Positions 42,501-49,082 of a DNA stretch of 64,000 nucleotides are shown here, in pieces. Below the pieces are notes generated by a model, which was given only the letters and a program-made list of their open reading frames with translations, did no database searches and was not told the origin of the DNA. The DNA is from Crocinitomicaceae bacterium (GTDB lineage: Bacteria > Bacteroidota > Bacteroidia > Flavobacteriales_D > Crocinitomicaceae): assembly GCA_017984635.1 (NCBI GenBank), contig JAGNZC010000007.1:6102-70101 (forward strand), written 5' to 3'. The position numbers were made by a program, and so were the translations under genes. Numbering within the stretch: position 1 is the first letter of the stretch; every line of letters starts with the position of its first letter.

Positions 42501-45500
42501 GCTGGATTTACGGTAATTGTCATATTCAATGGAGATCCTAAACATCCATTTGCAGTAGGTGTGACTTGATAAATTAGATCATAAGGAGCTGTTCCAGAAT
42601 TATTTATTAAAGTTGATGGAAATTGACCAGTTCCTGTAGTTGGATGTCCAGAAATTGAAAGTGGAACAAAAGAATTTGTTAAATTCCAATTAAAAGATCC
42701 ATTAGAAACTGAATTTAAAAAATTAGTCAAAATGGTTGAAGTACCACCACATATTATTTGATCGGACAACCGAGAAATGACAGGTGTTGGATTTACAATA
42801 ATTTTATAAGTAAATGTAGGTCCATTACAACCATTTTTAGTCGGTATTACTGAAAAAATTAATGTGTCAATTGTATTACTTGAATTCAAAATAGTTGTAA
42901 TTACAGGTAAATTTCCTGTTCCAGAAGGGTTAAATCCAGTTAAATAAATTGAATTAGTCATTGCAGTCCAATTGAAAATAGTTCCATTAACACCACTGGT
43001 CCAATTAACAGCTGATGTTGGAGATCCTGAGCAAATTGTTTGACTTAAACTAGCATTTGTAATAATTGGCGTTGGATTAATCGTTACAACAAATGGGGCA
43101 GTTGTTCCAGGACAAGCATTATAAGTTGGGGTAACGTTAATTGTTGCAGTGATTGCGCTATTCGTTGCATTTGCAGGTGCTGACCATGATGCAATATTTC
43201 CAGTACCTGAAGCAACTAAACCAATTGCTGGATTCGAATTAGCCCATACAAAAGTAGCCCCTGAAGGATTACTAGTAAATGTAGAAGGAGCAATTAATGC
43301 GCCTGGACAAACAGTTATTGGAATTAAACCAGTTACAACCGCTATTGGGTTCACAAATACTTGAACAGGATAAGTCGCTCCTTGACATCCAAGAGCAGTT
43401 GGAGTGACTGTATATGTAGCTGAACTGACAATTAAACTAGAATTTTGTAATGTCTGTTGAATTGAAGTAGGACTTCCAATTGAATTCGTTGCACCAGTAA
43501 TCCCTGTCCCATTTGCTGCTGTCCAAGTATATGTTGTTCCAGTAACAGTTGAACTTAAATTTATGTTGGCTTGCGTATTACTACAGATTGTGTCATTACT
43601 CACATAAGTGAATGATCCTACAGGTGTAGGTTTTACAATAATGGTAGCTGTTGCTGGTGAACCAGCACAACTTGCTCCTGAAGAAGTAGTTGCAAATGCC
43701 GAAAATGTAACCGTAATGTTTGCATTCGTTGAATTTGTAATAGTTGAAAAAACAGGTATGTTACCAGTACCATTTGTTGGCGTAATATTTCCAATTCCAG
43801 TTGGTACTGTCGTACTCCACGCAAAAGAGACATTGGATGTAGCTGATGTTAAATTGATTGCCTGTGAATTCGTTCCTTGACAAATAGTTTGAGTAGGAAT
43901 TGAAAACTGAGTAACAGGAGCTGGATTTACGGTAATTGTATAGTTTAAAGCTGGACCTGGACAACCATTGGCTGTTGGTGTAACTTGATACGTTAACGTA
44001 ACAGGAGCTGTTCCTGAATTATTTATTATTGTTGCGGGGATTTGACCTGTGCCGGATGTTGGGTGGCCAGTAATCGTATTTGGAACTGAAAGTGGATTTA
44101 ATAACGTCCATGTAAATGATCCCCCTGATACAGAATTAACAAAAGAAGTAACATCTGTTGATACACCTCCACATTTCGTTTGATTTGCCGATAATGTTAA
44201 TTGAGGGGTTGGATTAACAGTAATTACATATTGAATGGAAGGACCGTTACAACCATTTTTAGAAGCAAAAACTGTATAAGTAACAGTTTCAATCGTACTT
44301 CCTGTATTTACAATTGTCATGGCTGGTAAATTCCCCGAACCACTTCCTGTAAATCCACTTAAGTTTGAACTACTTGATACACCTGACCAAGTATATTGTG
44401 GTGTATTAACTCCACTCGTCCATGTTACAAGTGTAGTTGCTACTCCTGAACATTTTGTTTGACTTAAAGTTGAATTTGTAATACTTGGCGTTGGATTAAT
44501 CGTTACAACAAATGGGGCTGTTGTTCCAGGACAAGCATTATAAGTTGGGGTAACGTTTATTGTTCCAGTGATTGCGCTATTCGTTGCATTTGAAGGTGCT
44601 GACCATGATGCAATATTTCCAGTACCTGAAGCAACTAAACCAATTGCTGGATTCGAATTAGCCCATACAAAAGTAGCCCCTGAAGGATTACTGGTAAATG
44701 CAGAAGGAGCAATTAATGCGCCTGGACAAACAGTTATTGGCGTTAAACCTTGAACGGTTGCAACAGGTTGAATTGTCAAAGATGCAGTATCTTTTATTCC
44801 AGCACATCCATTGGTAGTAGGTGTAAGAACATAATAAACCGTTTGTGTTGCATTCGAAGTATTTGTTACAGTAACATTAAAACTTGCATTAGGTGATGCA
44901 ATCGTTCCAGATGTTGGCGAAGTAATTCCAGTTGGTAAAGGTGTTATTGCCGACCAAGAATAACTAGTTGTAGGTAATGTTGATGCAACATTAAATATCT
45001 TTGATCCACCCGAACAAATTGTAGCTAAATCTGGTGTAATTGTAGCTATAGGCAAAGGCTTTACTACAACTGTTACTGAATTAGTAGCTGGTAAACAAGG
45101 TCCAGCAGGATCATTTGTAGTTAATGTAAATACAATATTCCCAACATAATTTGAAGGTGGTGAATAAGTAGCAGTTAAAGTATTTGCATTAGGAGTAAAT
45201 GTACCACCTGCGATATTTGTTGTCCATGATCCGCTGCTGGCAGCGCCACCAACTGAGCCACTTAATTGAATAGATCCATTCATACATATCCCGTTAGGAT
45301 ATGTTCCAGGAGTAGAAATAGCATCATTCTCAAAGGTTAAAGTTGTTGTGCTTTGAACGACAGGACAAGGTGCAGGTGGAGTTCCAGAAGTTAAAGTAAG
45401 TGTAACATTTCCAACATGATTTGGCGGAGGCGTGTATGTTGCGTTTAAGGCTGTTGCATTTGGAGTAAATAATCCACCTGAAGGTATTGCAGACCATGTA

Positions 45501-47479
45501 CCTGTTGTAACTGAACCAGTAACAGAGCCCGCTAATACAATTGGAGAATTTTTACACGTTGCACCATAGGTTCCTGGTGTTACTATCACAGGTTGTTGCA
45601 CAGTAATATTTTGAATAGCTGTTGTTGTTCCACATTCATTGGTTGCAGAAAATGAATACGGAAAAGTTCCATAATTTGGGTATAATACAGACCCTGAAGT
45701 TAAGCTTGTAAAGCTCGATGGTGTTGGAACATTTCCTGCAGCAACTGTATTATTTGGGTTAAAATTCCAAGCATAGCTTAAAGCTTGTTCTCCGTAGCAA
45801 GAATTTGCTGTTGCCAAAGGAGTAAAGGATGAACCTAAACAAATGGTACTAGGCGATGGTAATGTAACAGCTGGCTTATCTTTGATTGTAATGGTTTTTA
45901 TTATTGAATCAGCGGCACATTGAGAGCCGTATATAAGTGGATTTAAATTTAACTTAAGCTTAATGGAATAAACACCTGGACCATTTAAAGTGAAATTAGG
46001 ATTTTGCAAAGTGCTAATTGCTGGCGTTGAACTAGGTCCGTTGTTAGTTGTGCAATTTTGAGGGTTTGTAGAAGTTACTGTCCAAGTATAAGCATTGGTA
46101 ATATTACATGTTGGAGTAGAAGATGTATTTACAGGTGTTAGTGAATATGGAGCACAAAATAAAGAAGTTGGGATAGTAAAAGCGGCATCTACTGGTGGCA
46201 CTACACATATCGTCTTAGTAATAGTATCTGGTTCACAAGAATTATTATAAACAACTAAAGAAACAGAATAAGTTCCGGGCTGATTAAACGCAATTGTCAA
46301 TGCAGCAGAACCATCGATACCATATGTTCCCAATGTTCCAGATAATGTATTTGGAGCAATAATTGCTGATGTAAACCAATATCTATTGTATGTATTTGAA
46401 CATGTTGTAGTAGAATTAATATAGATGCCAGGAATTGAATTATCTGTAAAAGTAATCGAAGTTCCAACACAAACCGTATTATCAGGTATCGATTGTGAAA
46501 TTTGAGGCGTTGGTGCATTACTAATGTAAATTGGTGCAGGTGAATTTGTTGAGGGACCACATTCATTTGTAGAAGTTATTTGAATTGGATACCCACCTGG
46601 TGTACTACCAGTGCAAGTTGAAGGTAAGTAAGTGTGGTCAATTGTTAAAGGTGATATTGGTAAATTAGGGTATGAAAATGTTGATGTGGTTCCATCTCCC
46701 CAATTGATTAAGTATGAATTACCAGGGAATTGTTGGTCAAATGAAAGGGGATAAACTCCAGGAGAACATGCAAAATTGGATGCACTTGTTGATAAATTGA
46801 TTTGCCCATTACCTATTTGAACTTGATAATAACCATAAAATGAGCATCCATTCAGAAAATTGACTCTGTAAGTTATGGAATAATTACCTGGAGCTCCATA
46901 ATTTCTATTAACAGAAGAAGGAATAGTTCCACAGGGAAAATTTTGACTTTGAGGATTTCCAACTCCCCAATTGATATTGATAGAACTTACATTGGAACAA
47001 TTTAATACTTGATCAAAATTTAATCTAAGCATATAATCTATACTATTACAATTTTTAAAAACTGTAACACCATTAAAGACACTTGCTGAGAAATTTGTGA
47101 ATAATGGTGATAGGGATAGTGTTGGTGTAAAAGGTGGTGTTGAGACATTTACATTGACAACCATTGTATCTGCATCTGTACCTTCTGTTAATATTAAAGT
47201 TGCTGTTCCACTTGAATTAAAAACTACTGGTATTGGACCTTGGGAATTAGAGGTTGAAATATTGGCTCCTGTAAAAGTCCAAGCAATTGTAGTTAATGAA
47301 CTTATATTAGTTTGAGTAGCAGGACTCATCGTAAATAGCACAGTCGAACCTTGACAAACATTAATTTGTCCATTTGAAAAATTAGGATTCGTAAAAAAAG
47401 AAGCGTCTAATTGGCCAAAACTAATAATACTAGTAAATAAAAACGCGAAAAGCGAACTACTTTTGAAAAGTTTAGTCAT
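33557..47479 (-). CDS. giant (4640 aa) cell-surface repeat protein with T9SS type-B C-terminal sorting domain
   Basis: Uninterrupted 13,923-nt ORF. Parts in order: signal peptide MTKLFKSSSLFAFLFTSIISFGQ; a Cys-rich PKD-like head of about 600 aa; 31 Cys-pair modules of 90-102 aa; nine PKD-type units (W.FGDG); and a C-terminal VPNSFTPDDDGMNDTW...IFNRWGEVVF...WDGK...GTYSYRI domain (gliding-motility-associated / T9SS type-B CTD). Confidence 0.9.
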   Translation of the reverse strand: MTKLFKSSSLFAFLFTSIISFGQLDASFFTNPNFSNGQINVCQGSTVLFTMSPATQTNISSLTTIAWTFTGANISTSNSQGPIPVVFNSSGTATLILTEGTDADTMVVNVNVSTPPFTPTLSLSPLFTNFSASVFNGVTVFKNCNSIDYMLRLNFDQVLNCSNVSSININWGVGNPQSQNFPCGTIPSSVNRNYGAPGNYSITYRVNFLNGCSFYGYYQVQIGNGQINLSTSASNFACSPGVYPLSFDQQFPGNSYLINWGDGTTSTFSYPNLPISPLTIDHTYLPSTCTGSTPGGYPIQITSTNECGPSTNSPAPIYISNAPTPQISQSIPDNTVCVGTSITFTDNSIPGIYINSTTTCSNTYNRYWFTSAIIAPNTLSGTLGTYGIDGSAALTIAFNQPGTYSVSLVVYNNSCEPDTITKTICVVPPVDAAFTIPTSLFCAPYSLTPVNTSSTPTCNITNAYTWTVTSTNPQNCTTNNGPSSTPAISTLQNPNFTLNGPGVYSIKLKLNLNPLIYGSQCAADSIIKTITIKDKPAVTLPSPSTICLGSSFTPLATANSCYGEQALSYAWNFNPNNTVAAGNVPTPSSFTSLTSGSVLYPNYGTFPYSFSATNECGTTTAIQNITVQQPVIVTPGTYGATCKNSPIVLAGSVTGSVTTGTWSAIPSGGLFTPNATALNATYTPPPNHVGNVTLTLTSGTPPAPCPVVQSTTTLTFENDAISTPGTYPNGICMNGSIQLSGSVGGAASSGSWTTNIAGGTFTPNANTLTATYSPPSNYVGNIVFTLTTNDPAGPCLPATNSVTVVVKPLPIATITPDLATICSGGSKIFNVASTLPTTSYSWSAITPLPTGITSPTSGTIASPNASFNVTVTNTSNATQTVYYVLTPTTNGCAGIKDTASLTIQPVATVQGLTPITVCPGALIAPSAFTSNPSGATFVWANSNPAIGLVASGTGNIASWSAPSNATNSAITGTINVTPTYNACPGTTAPFVVTINPTPSITNSTLSQTKCSGVATTLVTWTSGVNTPQYTWSGVSSSSNLSGFTGSGSGNLPAMTIVNTGSTIETVTYTVFASKNGCNGPSIQYVITVNPTPQLTLSANQTKCGGVSTDVTSFVNSVSGGSFTWTLLNPLSVPNTITGHPTSGTGQIPATIINNSGTAPVTLTYQVTPTANGCPGPALNYTITVNPAPVTQFSIPTQTICQGTNSQAINLTSATSNVSFAWSTTVPTGIGNITPTNGTGNIPVFSTITNSTNANITVTFSAFATTSSGASCAGSPATATIIVKPTPVGSFTYVSNDTICSNTQANINLSSTVTGTTYTWTAANGTGITGATNSIGSPTSIQQTLQNSSLIVSSATYTVTPTALGCQGATYPVQVFVNPIAVVTGLIPITVCPGALIAPSTFTSNPSGATFVWANSNPAIGLVASGTGNIASWSAPANATNSAITATINVTPTYNACPGTTAPFVVTINPTPIITNASLSQTICSGSPTSAVNWTSGVNGTIFNWTAMTNSIYLTGFNPSGTGNLPVITTILNSSNTIDTLIFSVIPTKNGCNGPTFTYKIIVNPTPVISRLSDQIICGGTSTILTNFLNSVSNGSFNWNLTNSFVPLSISGHPTTGTGQFPSTLINNSGTAPYDLIYQVTPTANGCLGSPLNMTITVNPAPTVQFSIPNQAVCTGLNSTLVNLSSTTSNVTFAWSAVAASGIGNFTGTTGTSSIPSFPNLTNTGTTPLAITFTAIATTSGLEACPGAPNTYVITVNPAPNAIATFVSNDTICSNTSLNIALTSTTANTNFTWTATNGVGISGGTNSTVAGVTIQQTLTNTLTTVGQIQYLITPSASLCPGTPITVTAYINPVAQMTGLVPISVCPTVNIAPASFTSNPPSQSFTWVNSNPTIGLVASGTGNIVAWNAPANNTLSNISGSISVTPIYNGCAGSASPFIISIYPTPSVSNSSLVQTICGGNPSLSVPLTSTISGSTINWNYSSAGSNLSNYTTGNGSGTLPVMTINNSGSTQQDVIYTVQAISSNNCPSSIVNYTTHVNPIPIVTLSADQIKCSGTATTVTSFTNSVIGGSYTWNLLYQGLIPSSILNYTLSGIGQISPMTITNSGANPYTLYYQVIPTANGCSGLPDTIAFTINPAPVVTFSPSSQSICSGETSAPITINSITPNVTYSWSITGVNGLNGATPLSGNTNSIPSFTLSHNGFTTVNLIVSASVSTQVGGCPGSVGTYTIAVKPIPLATATVNSTNPQCSGETALINLTSTVIGTSFTWSSVASAGVSGNTSSSGTTISNTLSNATASDGTVMYTITPTANSCQGLPISSIITVHPIPDLAPINSIAVCPTNAITPATFSTVPAGCTYTWTNTSSAIGINTSGTGQIASWNAPANNSLVNLTSLVSVKPYYFGCPGDTSNFTVTIYPTPLINSNPLVQTVCENDATTAVTFTNTLGASSSIAWTNLSAGSAITGFIAGNGLNPLNSMTLLNNGPTQQDVIYSIQATSSKGCLSPAVNYTIHVNPRPIITIPNDQTVCSGVASALVGLTADVALTTYAWQVITAPPVSTYLAGYPLSGIGNINPLTLTNTSNASQIVSYQITPSAAGCSGTAGVYTYTVNPSPSVTFSLPSQAICSESSTALVDLSTSTPNATISWTASVPAGLNGFTTTSGTNQIPSFNLTNTTSGILTATITATASTTGNSICPGGPVTYTIAVSPKPALSVNVVDSTLCSNQLLSVAITSPVIGTTFTWTATPTAGISGSSNGTGSAISQTLSNSQTVQGSVVYSITTVNPVNNVCPIETIVRTITIEPVPHISFSGQNQSLCSNLLSNPINLTSDVTGATISWSAANPSNLTGLTLSGTTTIPAQTIINSGISAATITYTAQASINSCSGPSSAHTIQVFPLPIMTINLTDDTICSNTAVSAQLTSNIPNTSFNWSVSPNVSISGMSNGTGSSINQVLTNSSPQIQSLVYTITPTAVGPTVAGCSSNSSNFSVSVNPVPGVSFSIANQTICSGTPTTSVAITSLTTNAQIAWTAAIPAGISGGQLSGSTSIPVQTLINTTNAPINIVYTVNVATTTGACSGSGSTYTITVNPIPVLSFSETNQIICSGVNTNPVNLVSSIALGFASGNAFSWNATQPTGVIGISTNGTTTIPAQLLTNSTFVPITVDYISSLSFTYNNTVCSAPQVVYSIIVKPLPNAIATPVSTLLCSGETTSVALTSSVANPAFTYSVLSSGAITGASNGSGNTISQTLVNNSLVLDSVIYQITATAAGCSGPASLLIIKIKPNPIATELPNVAVCPTNSIGAFNFTSTPVGATYAWTNSSNTIGLGLSGTGNIPIWNAPANVSGGTTSGIISVTPTLNGCIGLPMNFTVSINPTPTLTILPLDDTICSGTATSIVLTSNVSGATFNWAVSQNNATGASSSSGNTINQTLLNSSTTAGYVTYTITVSTGNCIGNTSNTTIVVHPIPSVTLSPISQEICSNTLANILVNSSINNANLTWSVSANNAITGSSNGTGSTISQTLINTATTAQSITYSVTPSLNGCTGTPISATVQVNPIPVLTISPTSDTICSGETTAISFTSSVLNTTFSYTPTNTLPIIGEQAGIGNTLTQQLSNTSAQLQNVQYTVTPTAASCSGSSSNVTIYVNPVATVTASLVSNDTICSGEHAIINLSSSTNGALFNWTASVNNQITGESNGQGNQIDQILTNTSFVLQIVNYSITPKAGTCNGTPTIVPIYINPLPQIIPGVAFNTCLTSPIFDLTGYSPAGGTWTGTGITNGINGTFNPLLAGVGPQTLTYTYTDPITGCTNSATRVVTVRPLPVPLFTADTLTCIGSTVNFTNTSTGASTYAWNFGDGGNSTLQNPSHSYASIGNYSIVLTATSIYGCVDSIAHNIHVITTPIASFTPSTHEDCGPLVVTFTNNSTGENITNYNWNFATPSMNNVSTLMNPTAVTYPSPIYGDTLYQLSLTVNNICGSSTFLDSIIVKARPIADFVTTSNTGCSPVNVGFMNTSFGSPTSYSWNFGDGSPNTTLTNPSHPFITGTGDTTFVVALIAYNTCGSDTLMDTITVFPNTVTSFFNTTPVIGCSPLPVQFTNYSIGATNYSWLFGDGQVSSTFSPNYTYNQAGTYVAKLIVDNGCSIDTSEISIIVHDKPMVDFTILEDTLCMNEAFSFTNTSDPLSNTFWQFGDGTTSNVYSPSHVFVQSGTLQVTLLGTSLAYGCTNSVTHTVVVRPTPNLTYDNYNYVGCIPLSVPFNETSNTANYATWDFQDGTIGIGVSTTHVYSTAGTYYPIVITQNNFGCSDTTTFNVFAHPNPVSDFTLSATESCDYPFTISTNNLSTGANAYFWDFDNTTTSNWNAPTVTYLAAGDYDLSLITYNQFGCSDTSTQLVQIHEKPQILFSAVDPDGCEDFEAEFVNSSLFADSYTWSFGDGSSSTLTNPTHLYTDPNVYSVTLFATNADGCTNSYTATNYINVYQTPVAGFNVTPVVITTDHPMVYLENTAAAYSNGFYDFGNGYQEDIDVLTFNYSISDSGFYLITQIVNTPFGCADTAYNTIRINLSPTHYVPNSFTPDDDGMNDTWNPVLVYVKKLEVLIFNRWGEVVFRTNEIAPSWDGKSLLGIPVQDGTYSYRITGRDGNNELIDLKGHINLIR
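33560..33826 (-). other. T9SS type-B C-terminal sorting domain of the giant protein
   Basis: The last 89 aa are HYVPNSFTPDDDGMNDTWNPVLVYVKKLEVLIFNRWGEVVFRTNEIAPSWDGKSLLGIPVQDGTYSYRITGRDGNNELIDLKGHINLIR. Confidence 0.85.
33827..36046 (-). repeat. array of nine PKD-type domains (coding)
   Basis: aa 3812-4551. Nine units carry F.N.S.GA..Y.W.FGDG...(N)P.H.Y...G.Y.V.L......GC.D. Units 2, 7 and 9 have degenerate FGDG (WNFATPS, WDFDNTT, YDFGNGY). Confidence 0.8.
36284..45049 (-). repeat. 31 tandem Cys-pair Ig/PKD-like modules (coding)
   Basis: aa 811-3732. Each module has one Cys near its start (..ICSG.. or ..VCP..) and one near its end (..GC.G..), and ends in (V/I)(N/H/K)P.P. Module order is E0, (A B C D E) x4, D E D D E A E E E E. 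Confidence 0.8.
39080..44764 (-). repeat. four tandem five-module super-repeat cassettes, period ~1.42 kb (coding)
   Basis: Cassette starts are at about 44764, 43345, 41926 and 40510 (aa 906, 1379, 1852, 2324). Periods of 1419, 1419 and 1416 nt come from aligned antisense shadow ORFs (44568, 43149, 41721) and a residue count. Confidence 0.85.
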
Positions 47480-47498
47480 AGTGTAATAAAAAGGTAAG

Positions 47499-47506
47499 CA
47501 AATTTA
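47499..47506 (-). promoter_or_regulatory. candidate -7 promoter box (TAAATTTG) for the giant gene
   Basis: Reverse strand TAAATTTG lies 19 nt upstream of the ATG at 47479, within a 171-nt AT-rich spacer. Confidence 0.35.
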
Positions 47507-47650
47507 CAACCATTTTTAGTTATAAATGTTATAAAACCATTAATTGTTTACTGTTATACGTGTTTTTAGGTAGAAGGTTGCTAAAATCTTGTTTTCAAGT
47601 TGATTCATTGAAATTATACTTCAATTATGAATGGAATTTTCTTTAGAAAA

Positions 47651-49069
47651 TTATTCCATTAATTTAAAAACAAGGCATTTTTGAGCATTGATATTTGGAA
47701 CTTTAATGGTGATTTTTGAATCCTTTTTAGAGATTTTTTGAACGTACTCTTTATCTGAAAGAGAATCAATTTCTTTAAAATGCTTTTTGAAAGTTGAAAG
47801 GTCTAATTCTATTTTATGATCCACTTTTTTATCACAGATTAAAATCGCATAAACTGAGCCATTTTTAGCTTCAGTAAATACAAATTTAGTTGATACATCT
47901 ATTTTATATTCATAAGGAAAAATTGGTTTTGTTTCGTAAATTGCTTCATGATTGACGCTCATCCAATCCCCTATTTCTTTTAAGCGTTGATAGGCTGTTG
48001 AGTCCCATTCGCCTGTTGCATCCGGACCAATATTTAACAATAAATTACCACCTCTTGAAACAATTAAACACAATGTTTTTATCAATTCAAACGAACTTTT
48101 ATAGGTTTCATTTTTAACATGACTCCAACTTGTTCCCATAGTCATGCACGATTCCCATGGATAAGGCAAAGGCGAATCAGGTATTTTTTGCTCGGGAGTT
48201 AAATAATTTTGATTGGGTCCTTCCACCGCACGATCAACAACAATTAATCCTGGTTGTATCTTGCGCGCTTTAGCTGCAATTACATCCATTTCAATGTCTT
48301 GGTGAACTGGTTTATAACCCCAACGTGGTGATGTTGCTGTTAAAGGTTGCACCCATCCCCCATCAAGCCATAAAATATCAATATTACCATAGTTGGTCAT
48401 CAACTCATTGAGTTGGTTTTGCGTGAATGATTTATAAGCATTCCATTTTTCAGAATACCGATTTAAATCATAATTTGGATTTCTGTCATAGGTTGGGAAT
48501 TTTGGCCACCAATAATCATCACAATGCCAATCTGGTTTGCTGAAATATGCACCTACCCACATTCCTTCATTACGAAATGCATCAAAAACTTCTTTGGTGA
48601 TATTCGCTTTGAGATGTGTTGAAAAGGGTGTTTTTGAATTGGTGATTTTATAATCGGTATATTGACTATCAAACATCGAAAAACCATCGTGATGTTTTGT
48701 AGTAAATACCATGTATTTCATTCCGGCATAATTAGCAGCTTTCGCCCATTTTTCAGGATTAAATTTGATCGGATTAAAGGTTGTTTGAAGGTTTTCATAC
48801 GCCTTTACATAAGCTGAATAATCATTTGCATAAGGACCTCTTCGTGTACACCAATCTTCGTCTTCTGGGCAAATACTCCAACTTTCTACAACTCCCCATT
48901 GAGAAGATGGAGCCCAATGCATTAACAAACCAAATTTATAATCTTGCCATTGTGCTAATTTTCGAATAACACTACTATCTGTGGGAGCTATGTAGTTTTG
49001 ATGGTCATGCTCTTGTGCCATTCCAAATAAAACATCAACTAATAAAATAAAAAGAAGAGAAATTCTCAT
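47651..49069 (-). CDS. alpha-L-fucosidase, GH29 family (472 aa from ATG)
   Basis: The ATG at 49069 gives the signal peptide MRISLLFILLVDVLFGMAQ; the track TTG at 49099 would overlap the upstream gene. GH29 motifs KFGLLMHW, TTKHHDGFSMFDS and DILWLDGGW. Confidence 0.85.
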   Translation of the reverse strand: MRISLLFILLVDVLFGMAQEHDHQNYIAPTDSSVIRKLAQWQDYKFGLLMHWAPSSQWGVVESWSICPEDEDWCTRRGPYANDYSAYVKAYENLQTTFNPIKFNPEKWAKAANYAGMKYMVFTTKHHDGFSMFDSQYTDYKITNSKTPFSTHLKANITKEVFDAFRNEGMWVGAYFSKPDWHCDDYWWPKFPTYDRNPNYDLNRYSEKWNAYKSFTQNQLNELMTNYGNIDILWLDGGWVQPLTATSPRWGYKPVHQDIEMDVIAAKARKIQPGLIVVDRAVEGPNQNYLTPEQKIPDSPLPYPWESCMTMGTSWSHVKNETYKSSFELIKTLCLIVSRGGNLLLNIGPDATGEWDSTAYQRLKEIGDWMSVNHEAIYETKPIFPYEYKIDVSTKFVFTEAKNGSVYAILICDKKVDHKIELDLSTFKKHFKEIDSLSDKEYVQKISKKDSKITIKVPNINAQKCLVFKLME

Positions 49070-49082
49070 AATACCTTGTTTT

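Noticed and set aside
36284-45049. Regular repeat periodicity that could superficially suggest a CRISPR array or non-coding satellite
   Set aside because: The repeats are 270-300-nt in-frame protein modules within one uninterrupted ORF. There is no short-repeat/unique-spacer structure and there are no cas genes.
36750-47315. Plus-strand ORFs inside the giant gene (36750-36950, 38820-39056, 40608-40982, 41721-41921, 43149-43364, 43608-43880, 44568-44753, 47097-47315) and short same-strand out-of-frame ORFs
   Set aside because: These are shadow ORFs produced by the strong T/S/N/G codon bias of the coding strand. They repeat with the same 1419-nt period as the real gene and have no starts with promoter context.
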